Shown: positions 8,138 through 18,367 of the stretch, piece by piece
Layout: every line of letters begins with the position of its first letter
Position numbering within the stretch: the stretch's first letter is position 1
Origin: Nannocystis bainbridge
GTDB taxonomy: Bacteria > Myxococcota_A > Polyangia > Nannocystales > Nannocystaceae
Direction of reading: 5' to 3'
Assembly (NCBI RefSeq): GCF_028368995.1
Contig: NZ_JAQNDL010000001.1
Coordinates: forward strand, 1,952,001-2,016,000
Length of the DNA: 64,000 nucleotides
Program-made: the position numbers and the translations under genes
Notes under the pieces: generated by a model
The model's input: only the letters and a program-made list of their open reading frames with translations
Told to the model about the DNA's origin: nothing
Databases searched by the model: none

Positions 8138-9912
8138 TCTTCTCTCGACGCACCCACCCCGTGGCCTGGCTCGGCGCGCTGGTCCTGGCGTACCCGCAGG
8201 TCGCCGCCGCGGCGCCGTCGGTCTCGATCGAGATCGAGGACGAGGACGACGCGCCGCCGCCCCCGACAAAATCACCGAGGCCGACACCCGCCCCGACGTC
8301 GCCGAGCAACCCGCCGACGTCGCCGCCGAGCAACCCGCCGACCCCGAGCAAATCACCCTCGTCCCCGACGACCTCGACGGCGCCGGCGACTGCGAGCAAA
8401 TCACCGACGACCGCGCCGGCGACGCCCGCGAACCAATCGACGTCGCCTGCCGCACCCCCACCGGCGCCGGCAACCCCGGACCTCGACGCCGTCCCGATCG
8501 AAGAGCCGGTCGCCGAACCACCGCGGCAGCCCGACCCCGAGCTGACCGGGCTGCGCGAGCAACTGGCGGCAGTGCAGGCCCGCCTCGACACGGTGGAGAA
8601 CGAGCGCCGGGTCGAGAAGGCCGAGCACCTCAAGTCCCGCGCGCGCAACCCGTTCGTGCGGGTCGGCGACGTCGGCCGCGCCGAGATCGCGCCGACGCAC
8701 ATCGGCTTCGGCCCCGGCGCGGGCGTGTCGCAATGGGGCGTGCGCCTCAGCGGGTACATCCAATCGCAGTACCAGTGGAGCCAGCTGTCGGAGGACCAGA
8801 TCCAGCAAGGCGGGGCGACGCTCAATCAGAACCGCTTCATGGTCCGCCGCGGCCGCCTGCGGATCAGCGGCGACTGGAAATGGGTCGCCTTCGACTTCGA
8901 GCTCGACGGCAGCACCACCCGCGGCCCGTTCGTCGGCGTGCGCCAGGCCAACCTGAGCTTCGTCTGGCGCAACCCCGACGCCGCCCGGCCGCCGTACCTG
9001 ATGGTCACCGCCGGCCTCACCGAGGCTCCGTTCGGCCACGAGCTGCGCCTCGGCCAGCGCGAGATGATGTTCATGGAGCGCTCGCTCGGCTCGCTGGCGT
9101 TCTTCCCGGGCCCGGTCGACGTCGGCGTGCGCGTGCGCGGCGGCATCGCGGCGTTCCGCTACGACCTCGCGGTCATGAACGGCACCCCGCTCGACGACCG
9201 CGCCGGCGCCCGCAACACCACCGACCCGACCCGCGCCCCCGACTACATCGGCCGCTTCGGCTTCGCCGCTCGCCCCGGCAAGCACGCCCTCAGCGGCGGC
9301 GTCAGCCTGCTCTATGGGACAGGTTTCCACCGCGGCAGCCAGGCGACCAAAAACCGGCTCGAATGGAGTGACCTCAACGAAAACGGCGCGATCGACACCG
9401 GCGAATTGGTGGCAGTGCCCGGCCAGGCCGCCACGCCGTCGCTCAATTTCCGCCGCTGGGCCGTCGGCGCCGATTTCCAGGTCGGCCTGCGCTCGAAGGC
9501 CGGCTGGACCCAGATCCTCGCCGAGGGCACGATCGCCAGCAACCTCGACCGCGACCTCATCGTCGCCGACCCCGTGGTCGTCGGCGCCGACCTGCGCGAG
9601 CTCCACGGCTACGTCGCAGTCATCCAGGAGCTGTTCGGCCGGGCCGTCGTCGGCGGCCGCTACGATTATTACGACCCCAACACCGACCTGCTCGACCGCC
9701 GCCGCGGCGAGTTCGTGCCGAAGGCCGCCGCCATCCACACCATTTCGCCGATCGTCGGCGCCCTCCTGCCGCCAGGGTGGATCCCCGGCGTGCGCGGTCG
9801 CCTGGTGCTGCAGTACGACGCCGTGCTCGACGCCCTCGGTCGCGACAGCCGCGGCGTCCCGGCCAACCTCAAGAACGACCAGTTCATCGTCCGCCTGCAG
9901 GGGGAATTTTAA
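8134..9912 (+). CDS. Outer-membrane porin, OprO/OprP (phosphate-selective)-like, with Pro/Thr/Ser linker and coiled coil
   Basis: LSGYIQSQY, FMVRRGRLRISG and AGLTEAPFGHE..FMERS motifs, C-terminal LQGEF. Confidence 0.7.
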   Translation: MIFSRRTHPVAWLGALVLAYPQVAAAAPSVSIEIEDEDDAPPPPTKSPRPTPAPTSPSNPPTSPPSNPPTPSKSPSSPTTSTAPATASKSPTTAPATPANQSTSPAAPPPAPATPDLDAVPIEEPVAEPPRQPDPELTGLREQLAAVQARLDTVENERRVEKAEHLKSRARNPFVRVGDVGRAEIAPTHIGFGPGAGVSQWGVRLSGYIQSQYQWSQLSEDQIQQGGATLNQNRFMVRRGRLRISGDWKWVAFDFELDGSTTRGPFVGVRQANLSFVWRNPDAARPPYLMVTAGLTEAPFGHELRLGQREMMFMERSLGSLAFFPGPVDVGVRVRGGIAAFRYDLAVMNGTPLDDRAGARNTTDPTRAPDYIGRFGFAARPGKHALSGGVSLLYGTGFHRGSQATKNRLEWSDLNENGAIDTGELVAVPGQAATPSLNFRRWAVGADFQVGLRSKAGWTQILAEGTIASNLDRDLIVADPVVVGADLRELHGYVAVIQELFGRAVVGGRYDYYDPNTDLLDRRRGEFVPKAAAIHTISPIVGALLPPGWIPGVRGRLVLQYDAVLDALGRDSRGVPANLKNDQFIVRLQGEF

Positions 9913-9916
9913 TCAA

Positions 9917-10858
9917 ATGCGCGCGGCGCTGCTCGCATTGTTGTTTACCGTCGCCTGCACCGGTGAGGTCGAGCAGCAGCTCGGCCTCTTCGAGCCGATC
10001 CGCGTGCCCGACGGCGAGCTGCTCGACGCCGAGCCGCCGCTCGTCGCAGCGGGCCCGAAGGTCACGTCGCTCGACACCTCGTCCGGCATCCTCACCGTCG
10101 GCCAGCGCGATCGCCTGCTGAGCGGCCGCACGACCGAGGATGCCCACGCGATCGCGGTGCGCTTCGCCGATCTCGGCAGCGGCTGGTGGGTGCGGCCGGT
10201 CCAGGACAAGAACCCGATGTACCCCGGCGAGCGCGACTTCCAGCTCCGCCACGACATCGGCGGCGGCGCCCCGCCCGGCGTGCACACCCTGCTGCTCGCG
10301 GCGATCGACGAGGCCGGCCGCTGCGGCCCGGCCTTCGAGCTCGAGGTGTGCGTCCGCGACGATCGCCTGCCCGACAACCTCAACGCCTGCGACGCCACCA
10401 TCCCGCCGCCCGCGCTGGTGATCACGCTCGAGTGGGACCAGGACGTCGACCTCGACCTCGTGGTCGAGACCCCGGGCGGCAAGCGGATCGCCCACGCCAC
10501 CCCGACCTCAGGCGAGAAGATCGACACCGAGGTCCCGGCCGGCGTCGTCAAGGACCCGACCACCGGCAGGCTCGTGCGCGACAGCAACGCCGGCTGCGCC
10601 ATCGACGGCCGCAACAGCGAGTCGGTCGTGTTCCAGGAGCCGCCCGCGCGCGGCACCTATCTGATCTACGCCGATCTCTACGACGCCTGCGGCGCCCCCG
10701 GCACCCTGTTCTCGGCCGCCGTCTACCGCCGCGTCGAGCGCGAGGACGGCACCTTCGCCCTCGTCGAGGACGCGCGCACCGGCGGCGCGCTCGTCGACCT
10801 CCAGGCCACGGGAGGCGGCAAGACCCCGCTCTACGTGATGGCCAGCAAGCAACCGTGA
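9917..10858 (+). CDS. Lipoprotein with a YfaP/DUF2135-like LEWDQDVDLDLVV motif
   Basis: MRAALLALLFTVAC lipobox and ITLEWDQDVDLDLVVETPGG. Confidence 0.65.
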   Translation: MRAALLALLFTVACTGEVEQQLGLFEPIRVPDGELLDAEPPLVAAGPKVTSLDTSSGILTVGQRDRLLSGRTTEDAHAIAVRFADLGSGWWVRPVQDKNPMYPGERDFQLRHDIGGGAPPGVHTLLLAAIDEAGRCGPAFELEVCVRDDRLPDNLNACDATIPPPALVITLEWDQDVDLDLVVETPGGKRIAHATPTSGEKIDTEVPAGVVKDPTTGRLVRDSNAGCAIDGRNSESVVFQEPPARGTYLIYADLYDACGAPGTLFSAAVYRRVEREDGTFALVEDARTGGALVDLQATGGGKTPLYVMASKQP

Positions 10859-10870
10859 GGACCGTGCCTT

Positions 10871-11596
10871 ATGAACGTCGTCGATGAACTGATCAAGATC
10901 GCCCTGCTCGGCGCGACCTGGGTGCTCTACTTGCTGTTCGCCCTGTCGGTGCTGTCGATCGCGGCGATGGTCGAGCGCGGGCTGTTCTTCCGCAAGAACC
11001 GCGCCGGCGGCGAGCAGCTGCGCCAGGACCTGCTGGCCGCCATCGCCGCCCGCGACGAGGACCGCATCGACGCCGCCCTCGCCGGCAGCAAGACGGTCGA
11101 GGCCGAGGTCCTGCGTCAGGCCATGCTGTTCAAGGAGGGCGGCTCGGCGGCCTTCCTCGACGCCGTCGAGAGCGGCCTGGCCTCGGAGCGCGCCGGCCTC
11201 GATCGCGGCACCGTCTTGCTCGGCACGATCGGCAACAACGCCCCGTTCGTCGGCCTGTTCGGCACCGTGCTCGGCATCATCGAGGCGTTCTCTTACCTCG
11301 GCACCGGCGACCAGTCGGCCATGGGCAACGTCATGGGCGGCATCTCCGAGGCGCTGGTCGCCACCGCCGTCGGCATCTTCGTCGCCATCCCCGCGGTCAT
11401 CGGCTTCAACGTCGCCCAGAAGAAGGCCGGCGAGCTCGAGAACAGCGTGCTGGCGCTGGCGCGGCTGCTGTCGGCCTGGCTCAAGCTGGCCGAGGCGCGC
11501 GCCGAGGCCGAGGCGCACGACCCCGACAACCTGGCGCGCCTGCCCGCGCGCGCGGCACGTCGCCCGCTGGAGCCGATCCGCAGCGGAGGCGCGTAG
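10871..11596 (+). CDS. exbB: MotA/TolQ/ExbB proton channel protein
   Basis: LGTIGNNAPFVGLFGTVLGII and GISEALVATAVGIFVAIPAV signatures. Confidence 0.93.
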   Translation: MNVVDELIKIALLGATWVLYLLFALSVLSIAAMVERGLFFRKNRAGGEQLRQDLLAAIAARDEDRIDAALAGSKTVEAEVLRQAMLFKEGGSAAFLDAVESGLASERAGLDRGTVLLGTIGNNAPFVGLFGTVLGIIEAFSYLGTGDQSAMGNVMGGISEALVATAVGIFVAIPAVIGFNVAQKKAGELENSVLALARLLSAWLKLAEARAEAEAHDPDNLARLPARAARRPLEPIRSGGA

Positions 11597-11599
11597 GCC

Positions 11600-12019
11600 A
11601 TGGCCGGCACCACCGACACCGGCGGCCGCCGCCGCGCCCCGATCGCCGCCATCAACGTCACCCCGCTGGTCGACGTCATGCTGGTGCTGCTCGTCATCAT
11701 GATGGTGTCGGCGACCTACATCGTGTCGCAGACGCTCAAGGTCGAGCTGCCCAAGACGGCCACCAGCGACGGCAAGACCGCCACCGTCGCCGCCGTCACC
11801 ATCACCGACGCGCACGCGCTCTACCTCAACAAGCAGCCCGTCGACGAGGCCGCCCTGGTCACCGGCCTGCGCGGCCTCTACGCCGCCGACAAGGCCATGA
11901 CGCTGGTCGTCAGCGCCGACGAGCGGGCCGACCACGGCGCCGTCGTGCACGTCCTCGACCTCGCGCGCGTCGAGGGCATCACCAGCTTCGCCGTCAACGT
12001 GGAGCGCAAGAAGCCATGA
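11600..12019 (+). CDS. exbD: ExbD/TolR biopolymer transporter
   Basis: INVTPLVDVMLVLLVIMMV and ADERADHGAVVHVLD motifs. Confidence 0.93.
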   Translation: MAGTTDTGGRRRAPIAAINVTPLVDVMLVLLVIMMVSATYIVSQTLKVELPKTATSDGKTATVAAVTITDAHALYLNKQPVDEAALVTGLRGLYAADKAMTLVVSADERADHGAVVHVLDLARVEGITSFAVNVERKKP

Positions 12020-12789
12020 GCGATCGGCGGCGGCTGACGGCCCGCGCGGTCTACGTCATCAGCGCGCTGTTTCACGGCGCGCTGTGGCTGGGCGTGCGCA
12101 GCGTCGACAAGCCCGAGCCGCCGCCGCCGCCGCCGATCGTCATCAAGGTCACCGAGCCGCCGCCCGAGCCCGAGCCACCGCCGCCCGAGCCCGAACCACC
12201 GCCGCCCGAGCCGATCGCCGAGGCCCCGCCGGCGCCCGCGCCCGAGGCCCCGCCGCCGCCCGCACCACCTGCCCCGAAGGCCAGGAAGGCCGAGCCCAAG
12301 CCCGCCCCGGAGCCCGCGCCCGCGAGCCCGCCTGCGGCCCCGGAGGTGCCCGAATTCGGGGTGCCGATGACGAACGCCGGCGGACCCGGCGGCCTGTCCG
12401 TGCCGGCCGGCGACCCCGGCGGCAGCCCCGGCGGCGGCGGGGCCAAGCGCGAGAAGGTCGAGACCAAGACGCGCTCGCTCGACCCCAGGCCCAAGAAGGC
12501 TGCCGCCGACAATTGCGAGGAGCCCGAGGTCAAGCCGAAGCCGCTCGAGCTGCCGCAGCCGCAGTACACCGAGGCCGCGCGGGCCGCCGGCGTCGAGGGC
12601 AAGGTCCGCGTCCAGCTCGAGGTCAAGGCCGACGGCAGCGTCGGCGCCGTCACCGTGCTCGCCTCGCTCCACCCCGACCTCGACGCCGCCGCCAAGGTCG
12701 CCGCAAAGGCCGCCAGGTTCGAGCCCGCGACCCGCTGCGGCAAGCCGGTCGCGACCACGCTCACCATCTCGATCAAGTTCACGCTGTGA
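12016..12789 (+). CDS. tonB: Energy transducer TonB
   Basis: N-terminal TM with SALFH, Pro-rich spacer, C-terminal PQYTEAARAAGVEGKV domain. Confidence 0.9.
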   Translation: MSDRRRLTARAVYVISALFHGALWLGVRSVDKPEPPPPPPIVIKVTEPPPEPEPPPPEPEPPPPEPIAEAPPAPAPEAPPPPAPPAPKARKAEPKPAPEPAPASPPAAPEVPEFGVPMTNAGGPGGLSVPAGDPGGSPGGGGAKREKVETKTRSLDPRPKKAAADNCEEPEVKPKPLELPQPQYTEAARAAGVEGKVRVQLEVKADGSVGAVTVLASLHPDLDAAAKVAAKAARFEPATRCGKPVATTLTISIKFTL

Positions 12790-12818
12790 CCGTCGGCGCA
12801 TGGCTGCCCGTTTCGACA

Positions 12819-12970
12819 TGTCCCTGAAGCCATCCTCGCGCCGCGAGCCCGCGCCTGTCCGTTCGCGCATGTCCAAGAAGACAGCCGCGAGCGAGGACCT
12901 CGACATGTGCTCGAGGACAGCCACTCGCACGAGCTCGTCGTCTGTCTTTTCGCACATGTCCCTGAAGACA
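12819..12970. repeat. Cluster of 14-bp TG..CA palindromic units overlapping the TBDR start
   Basis: Units at 12819, 12856+12870, 12906 and 12943+12957 (for example TGTCCAAGAAGACA, TGTGCTCGAGGACA). Confidence 0.7.
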
Positions 12971-15616
12971 GCAGTTTCCACAATCCTGGCGGCGCTGCTG
13001 GCCCTCGCCCCGACGGTCGCCGCCGCCCACGCCTGGGCCCCGCCGGCGCCGCAGCTGACCCGCGCGCCCGAGCTGGTCGAGTTCGTCCCGGCCGACTACC
13101 CCGAGAGCGAGAAGGCGGCGGGGCGCCAGGCCGCGGTGACCTTGCGGCTGCACCTCGACGAGACCGGCGCGGTCCACAGCGCCGAGGTCACCGAGTCGGC
13201 CGGCCCGGCGTTCGACGCCGCCGCGGTCGCGGCTGCCCTCAAGTTCAGGTTCAGCCCGGCCGAGGTCGACGGCAAGCCGTCGGCGATCAAGCTCGCCTAC
13301 CGCTACGTATTCGAGCTCGCCGCCGCCGTCCCGACCACCGCCGCCTACCACGGCGTGATCAAGCGCCGCGGCAGCGGAGCGCCGGTGGCCGGCGTCACCG
13401 TCACCGTCAGCCTCCCTGGCCTGGCCGCGCCGGTCGTCGCCGTCACCGACGCCGCCGGCGAGTTCCGGTTCAGCGACCTGCCCCCGGGCACAGCCACCGT
13501 CACCCTCGCAGGCGATCGCCTGCCCGCGCTCGAGCTCACCGAAGCGCTCGAGTCGGGCAAGGAGCACGACCTCGCCTACGAGGTCTCGCTGGTCGACCCC
13601 GAGCCCGCGGCGCCGAGCGGCGACGACCTCGAGATCGTCGTCGTCGCCCCGCCGCTGCGCCGCGAGGTCGTATCGACGGCCGTGCGCGCCGAGGAGGCCA
13701 GCAAGGTCCCTGGCACCTCCGGCGACGTCCTGCGCGTGGTCGAGAGCCTGCCCGGCGTGGCCCGCAGCGCCGCCGGTGCGGGCCAGTTGATCGTGTGGGG
13801 CGCCGCTCCGCAGGACACCCGCGTCTACGTCGACGGTGTACCGATCCCCCGCCTCTATCACGAGGGCGGCCTGCGCTCCGTCATTCATCCGATGCTCGTC
13901 GAAAGCATCGAGCTCGTGCCCGGAGGATACGGCGCCGCGTTCGGCCGCGGCCTCGGCGGCATGGTCTCGGTCGGCACGCGCACGCCCGACGGCAAGCGCG
14001 TGCGCGGCCGCCTCGCCGCCGACACCCTCGACGCCTCCGCCGTCGTCTCCGTCGCCCTCGACAAGCGCGAGCGCGTCCGCCTCGCCGTCGCCGTGCGGGC
14101 CTCCTATTTAAAACTGTGGGCCGACCGCTTGCTCGACCCATCGGCCCGCGCCTTCTTGCCGATCCCCCGCTACGGCGACGGCCAGCTGCGCCTCGCTATT
14201 AAACCTTCCTCGCGCGACCGCATCGAGATCGTCGGCCTCGCCAGCGGCGACCGGTTCGCGCGAGGGATCCCCAGCGCCGACCCTGCGCTCGCCGTGCTCG
14301 ACCAGCGGCGCCTCGATTTCGGCCGCGTCTACGCCCGCTGGACCCGCGACTACGACGGCGGCGGCAACCTCACCGTCACCCCCTTCGTCGGCTACACCCG
14401 CGCCGCCCAGGTCAGCAGCTACGGCGACGTCGCCACCTCGCTCGCCTCCTCCGGCTGGCTCGTCGGCGTGCGCGCCAATCGGCGGCTGCGCGCCGCTCGC
14501 TGGCTCACCTTCGACGTCGGCCTCGACGCCGAGGTCAACATCACGCAGCTGTCGCGCCGCGGCTCGCTCGGCCTGCCCGCGCGCGAGGGCGACATCCGCG
14601 TGTTCGGCCAGCCGCCGCCCGACCAGATCGGCGGCGACGACTGGCAGACTACCTCGGTCGGGCTCGCGCCCTACGCCCAGGCCGAGCTGTCCTTTTGGTC
14701 AGGCAAGCTGCGCGTCCTGCCCGGCCTGCGCATCGATCCTTACGCGCGCAGCGTCAGCCGCCGCAACCCGCCGGCCAGCGGCGTCCCGGCCGTAGGTCTG
14801 TTCGAGCAGGACTTCGCCGTCGAGCCGCGCTTCGCCGTCGTCGGCGAGCCGCACTGGCGCGTGCAGCTGCGCGGCGCCACCGGCCTCTATCGCCAGATGC
14901 CCGCGCCCGAAGATCTCTCGGCGGTGTTCGGCAACCCGCGCCTGCCGACCTCGCGGGCGCTGCACACCGTCGTCGGCGCCGCCGTCAAGTTCACCCGGAC
15001 CCTCTCGCTCGACGTCACCGCCTTCTTCACCCGCAGCAATCGCCTGGCGATGCGCAGCCCGGTCGACTCGCCGCTGCCGGCCCAGGGTCTGGCGCCTCTC
15101 GGCAGCGGCCGCTCGTACGGGGCCCAGTTCCTGCTGCGGCAGGAGCTGTTCAAGGGCCTGTTCGGGTGGGTCGCCTACACCCTCATGCGCTCCGAGCGAC
15201 AGAACGGCCCCGACGCGCCGGTGCGCCTTTCCGACTACGACCAGACCCACATCCTCACCGCGGTGCTCGCCTACGCCCTGCCGCGCGGCTTCGAGGTCAG
15301 CGGCCGGTTCCGCTACGCCACCGGCTTCCCGCGCACCCCCGTGGTCGGCGCCTACCATGATTCGACCTTCGACCGGTTCCAGCCGGTGTTCGGCGCCCAC
15401 AACTCGACGCGCATCCCCGCCTTCGTCCAGCTCGACCTGCGGATCGGCAAGCGCTTCGACATCGCCAGGACCCACCTCGACGTCTTTTTGGAAGTGCTCA
15501 ACGCCTGGAACCGCAAGAACGCCGAGGAGATCGCCTACTCCCCCGATTTCGCGGTCCGCGATTACATCCGCGGCTTCCCCGTCCTACCGGCCTTCGGCCT
15601 GCAGTGGGAGTTCTGA
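12956..15616 (+). CDS. TonB-dependent receptor with N-terminal TonB_C and carboxypeptidase-regulatory-like domains
   Basis: DYPESEKAAGRQAAV (TonB_C), plug motifs VESLPGV, VYVDGVPI and GGYGAAFGRGLGG, C-terminal LQWEF. Confidence 0.9.
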   Translation: MSLKTAVSTILAALLALAPTVAAAHAWAPPAPQLTRAPELVEFVPADYPESEKAAGRQAAVTLRLHLDETGAVHSAEVTESAGPAFDAAAVAAALKFRFSPAEVDGKPSAIKLAYRYVFELAAAVPTTAAYHGVIKRRGSGAPVAGVTVTVSLPGLAAPVVAVTDAAGEFRFSDLPPGTATVTLAGDRLPALELTEALESGKEHDLAYEVSLVDPEPAAPSGDDLEIVVVAPPLRREVVSTAVRAEEASKVPGTSGDVLRVVESLPGVARSAAGAGQLIVWGAAPQDTRVYVDGVPIPRLYHEGGLRSVIHPMLVESIELVPGGYGAAFGRGLGGMVSVGTRTPDGKRVRGRLAADTLDASAVVSVALDKRERVRLAVAVRASYLKLWADRLLDPSARAFLPIPRYGDGQLRLAIKPSSRDRIEIVGLASGDRFARGIPSADPALAVLDQRRLDFGRVYARWTRDYDGGGNLTVTPFVGYTRAAQVSSYGDVATSLASSGWLVGVRANRRLRAARWLTFDVGLDAEVNITQLSRRGSLGLPAREGDIRVFGQPPPDQIGGDDWQTTSVGLAPYAQAELSFWSGKLRVLPGLRIDPYARSVSRRNPPASGVPAVGLFEQDFAVEPRFAVVGEPHWRVQLRGATGLYRQMPAPEDLSAVFGNPRLPTSRALHTVVGAAVKFTRTLSLDVTAFFTRSNRLAMRSPVDSPLPAQGLAPLGSGRSYGAQFLLRQELFKGLFGWVAYTLMRSERQNGPDAPVRLSDYDQTHILTAVLAYALPRGFEVSGRFRYATGFPRTPVVGAYHDSTFDRFQPVFGAHNSTRIPAFVQLDLRIGKRFDIARTHLDVFLEVLNAWNRKNAEEIAYSPDFAVRDYIRGFPVLPAFGLQWEF

Positions 15617-15621
15617 TGAGA

Positions 15622-15691
15622 TGTCCGATGAGACATGTTTCATCACGCAGTCGGGTCTTATGATGTCCTTGAGGACATGTCTTATGCGCCA
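15622..15691. repeat. 14-bp-periodic array of TG..CA units
   Basis: TGTCCGATGAGACA, TGTTTCATCACGCA, one degenerate unit, TGTCCTTGAGGACA, TGTCTTATGCGCCA, all in register. Confidence 0.7.
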
Positions 15692-16694
15692 CCTGCTCGC
15701 CGTCGCCCCGCTGCTCGCCTGCGTGCCCGACCTCGAGGTCGACCTCGCCCGCGTCGACGCCCCGCGCGTGCTGGCCGTGCGCGCCGAGCCGGCCGAGGTC
15801 GTACCGGGCGAGCCGGTCGCGCTGTCGGCCCTCTACGTCGACGCCAGCGGCACCCTCGTCGACGGCCCGCTCGAGTGGGCCTTCTGCGCCGCCCGCCGCC
15901 CGCTCGCCGAGCTCGGGCCGGTCAGCCGCGCCTGCCTCGAACGCGAGGGCGACGCACTGCTGGCTCTCGGGACAGGTCTCTCCGTCACCGCACCCGCGCC
16001 CGCGCCCGGCTGCCGCCTGTTCGGACCCGAGCCGCCGCCCGCGATCGGCGACCAGCCGGCGGGGCGCCCGGTCGATCCCGACATCACCGGTGGCTACTAC
16101 CAGCCATTGCGCATCGTCGCAGGCGACGACGACAGCGACCTGACGCTGTTTCAGCTGCGCATCACCTGCGGCCTGGCCGGCGCCGCCCAGCAGCAGTCGG
16201 CCGAGTACCGCGCCCGGGCCCGGCCCAACCGCGCACCGGCGGTGGTGGCGGTCGAGCGCGACGGACAGGTCATTGCCGCCGACGCGGTCACGAAGGTCAA
16301 GCCCGGCGGCGCGCTGCCGCTGCGCCTGGCCTGGGCGACATGTCCCGAAGCACCGGTGTGCGGCGATTCCATGTGCACCCTCGACGAGGCCGCCGCCAGC
16401 TGCCCCGCCGACTGCGGCGGCCCGCTCGGCTGCGGCGGCGCCGAGACCTACCTGCGCTTCGACCCGACCACCCTGGAGCTCGTCACCACGCGCGAGGCGA
16501 TCCGCGTGGCCTGGTACGCGACCGGCGGCCGCTACGACGCCGCTCGCACCGGCCGCGCGCCCGCCGAGGCGGAGGCGTTCAGCGACAACGTGTGGACCGC
16601 CCCCGACGCGCCGGGCGACTTCACGCTGTGGGTGGTGCTCCGCGACGACCGCGGCGCCGCCGACTGGCGCGAGCTCGCCGTGCGCGTCGAGTGA
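15684..16694 (+). CDS. Lipoprotein typical of myxobacterial TBDR operons
   Basis: MRHLLAVAPLLAC lipobox, RVLAVRAEPAE N-terminus and LWVVLRDDRG C-terminus. Confidence 0.75.
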   Translation: MRHLLAVAPLLACVPDLEVDLARVDAPRVLAVRAEPAEVVPGEPVALSALYVDASGTLVDGPLEWAFCAARRPLAELGPVSRACLEREGDALLALGTGLSVTAPAPAPGCRLFGPEPPPAIGDQPAGRPVDPDITGGYYQPLRIVAGDDDSDLTLFQLRITCGLAGAAQQQSAEYRARARPNRAPAVVAVERDGQVIAADAVTKVKPGGALPLRLAWATCPEAPVCGDSMCTLDEAAASCPADCGGPLGCGGAETYLRFDPTTLELVTTREAIRVAWYATGGRYDAARTGRAPAEAEAFSDNVWTAPDAPGDFTLWVVLRDDRGAADWRELAVRVE

Positions 16695-16792
16695 CGCTCA
16701 CTCACGTCCTCCAGGACATGTTTTCCCATTAAAAACATCAGGCCGCCGCATTGGCGCTGCCGGGCGGAACTTCCATTAAACTCGGGCCCGCG

Positions 16793-18298
16793 ATGTCCGG
16801 CCCCGTCATCCCGCACACGAAGATCCGCGACACGAAGGATTGTTCCTGGACCGCGCGGTTGCTCGCGCGCCTCGTCGTGCCCGAGCTGACGGAGGACGAG
16901 CAGGACGAGATCGTGATCACCCTGCAGTTCCTCGCCGATCCGCGCGCGGAGGCCCCGCTCGTCGCCATCTTCGCCGATCGCACGCGTCCTGAAGCGCTGC
17001 GGAGCGCGGCCGCGTCGGTCTTGCGCGCCGGCCGGGGCCTCGATCGCCGCACACTGACCGGCCTGATCCGCGACGGCGATCCGGTCGAGCAATGGCAGGC
17101 GATGGTCGCCATGGAGCACGACGAAGCGGGACTCGTCGCCACCATCGCCGCCGATCCCGGGCACTCGCTCCATCGCGCGGCGATCCATACGATGGCCTGG
17201 GGCTTCGAGGCGCCGCGGTTTCAGGCGCTGAAGATCGCCGCCCTCGCGCACCCGGACGCGCGCGTGCGCGAGGCCGCTGCCGAGACCCTGTTGTGGGACG
17301 AGCCGGTCGCCGCCGAGGTCCCGTTGCTGCGCGCCCTCGACGATTCAGTCGACGCCGTGGCGATCGCGGCCGCGCAGGCCCTGGCCTATTACCCGACCCG
17401 GCGGGTCGTGCTGCGCCTCGCCGAGGTGCGCGCCGCCGCGGGCGAGCGCGGGCAGGCGGCCGCGAAGGCGCTCGACAACCAGGACTCGTTCGCGGAAGCG
17501 CTGCAAGGACCGGTCGGCGCCCGACGAACCGACCTGCTCGCCTGGATGAAGCCGGTCTGGGACATCCTCGCGCTGACCGAGGACGACCTGCAGCCGTCGG
17601 CCAGCGAGCCGACGTCGGCGCCCAGGCCCGTGCGCCAGCCGCTCGACGCCGCCCGGCTGCTCCGCGACCTCGCCGATCCCGACGGCCCGTGGGGCGACAA
17701 GCTGCGCCGGCTGCGGGCCGAGCCCTCGCTGGTCGGCCCGGCCGATCGAGCGCGGCTCGTGCCCTTCCTCGTCGAGCACCCCGACCCGCGAGTGCGCGGC
17801 GCGTGCGGGCACCTCCTCGCCGCGTGGGGCGAACAGGCGGCGCTGCTCCGCCTCGTCGGCGATCCGCGCCCTGCCGTGGCGAGCCATGCGATCGATTGGC
17901 TGGCCAAGACCACCCCGGACGCCGCCGTCGCGCAGTGCGCCCGGGACTACCTCGCGCGTCCGTGGGTCGCGGGCATGGACGCAGCCTACGCGCTGACGAC
18001 CTGCGTGGCACATACGCCGCGCGCCGAGGTCATCCCGCTCCTGACGCGGCACGTGCTCGAAGATCCGCGCGAGGCTGTCCGCCTCCGCGCCGTGGAAGCG
18101 CTGATCGAGCTGCAGGCCGCGCCCGCCCTCGCGTCGCTGCTGCCACTCCTCGAGGCGCCCCCCCGCGTGCACTGGGGCGTGCACCTGGCCTTGCTGAGGG
18201 CCTGCGGCGAGCTCGCTCTCGACGCCTCGCGCGGCCTCGATGCTCTGCGCGACGTCGACAACGCCGACGTACAAGCAGCTCTGGCGCGCGCGCCGTGA
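16793..18298 (+). CDS. HEAT-repeat protein
   Basis: Repeated DxxxxVRxxAAxAL motifs (HPDARVREAAAETL, HPDPRVRGACGHLL, DPREAVRLRAVEAL). Confidence 0.8.
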   Translation: MSGPVIPHTKIRDTKDCSWTARLLARLVVPELTEDEQDEIVITLQFLADPRAEAPLVAIFADRTRPEALRSAAASVLRAGRGLDRRTLTGLIRDGDPVEQWQAMVAMEHDEAGLVATIAADPGHSLHRAAIHTMAWGFEAPRFQALKIAALAHPDARVREAAAETLLWDEPVAAEVPLLRALDDSVDAVAIAAAQALAYYPTRRVVLRLAEVRAAAGERGQAAAKALDNQDSFAEALQGPVGARRTDLLAWMKPVWDILALTEDDLQPSASEPTSAPRPVRQPLDAARLLRDLADPDGPWGDKLRRLRAEPSLVGPADRARLVPFLVEHPDPRVRGACGHLLAAWGEQAALLRLVGDPRPAVASHAIDWLAKTTPDAAVAQCARDYLARPWVAGMDAAYALTTCVAHTPRAEVIPLLTRHVLEDPREAVRLRAVEALIELQAAPALASLLPLLEAPPRVHWGVHLALLRACGELALDASRGLDALRDVDNADVQAALARAP

Positions 18299-18367
18299 CG
18301 GGCCACGAAAGCGCCCCGGCGCCCGCGACATCGCGGACCCCGGGGGCGCCGAATCATCACACCGCGA

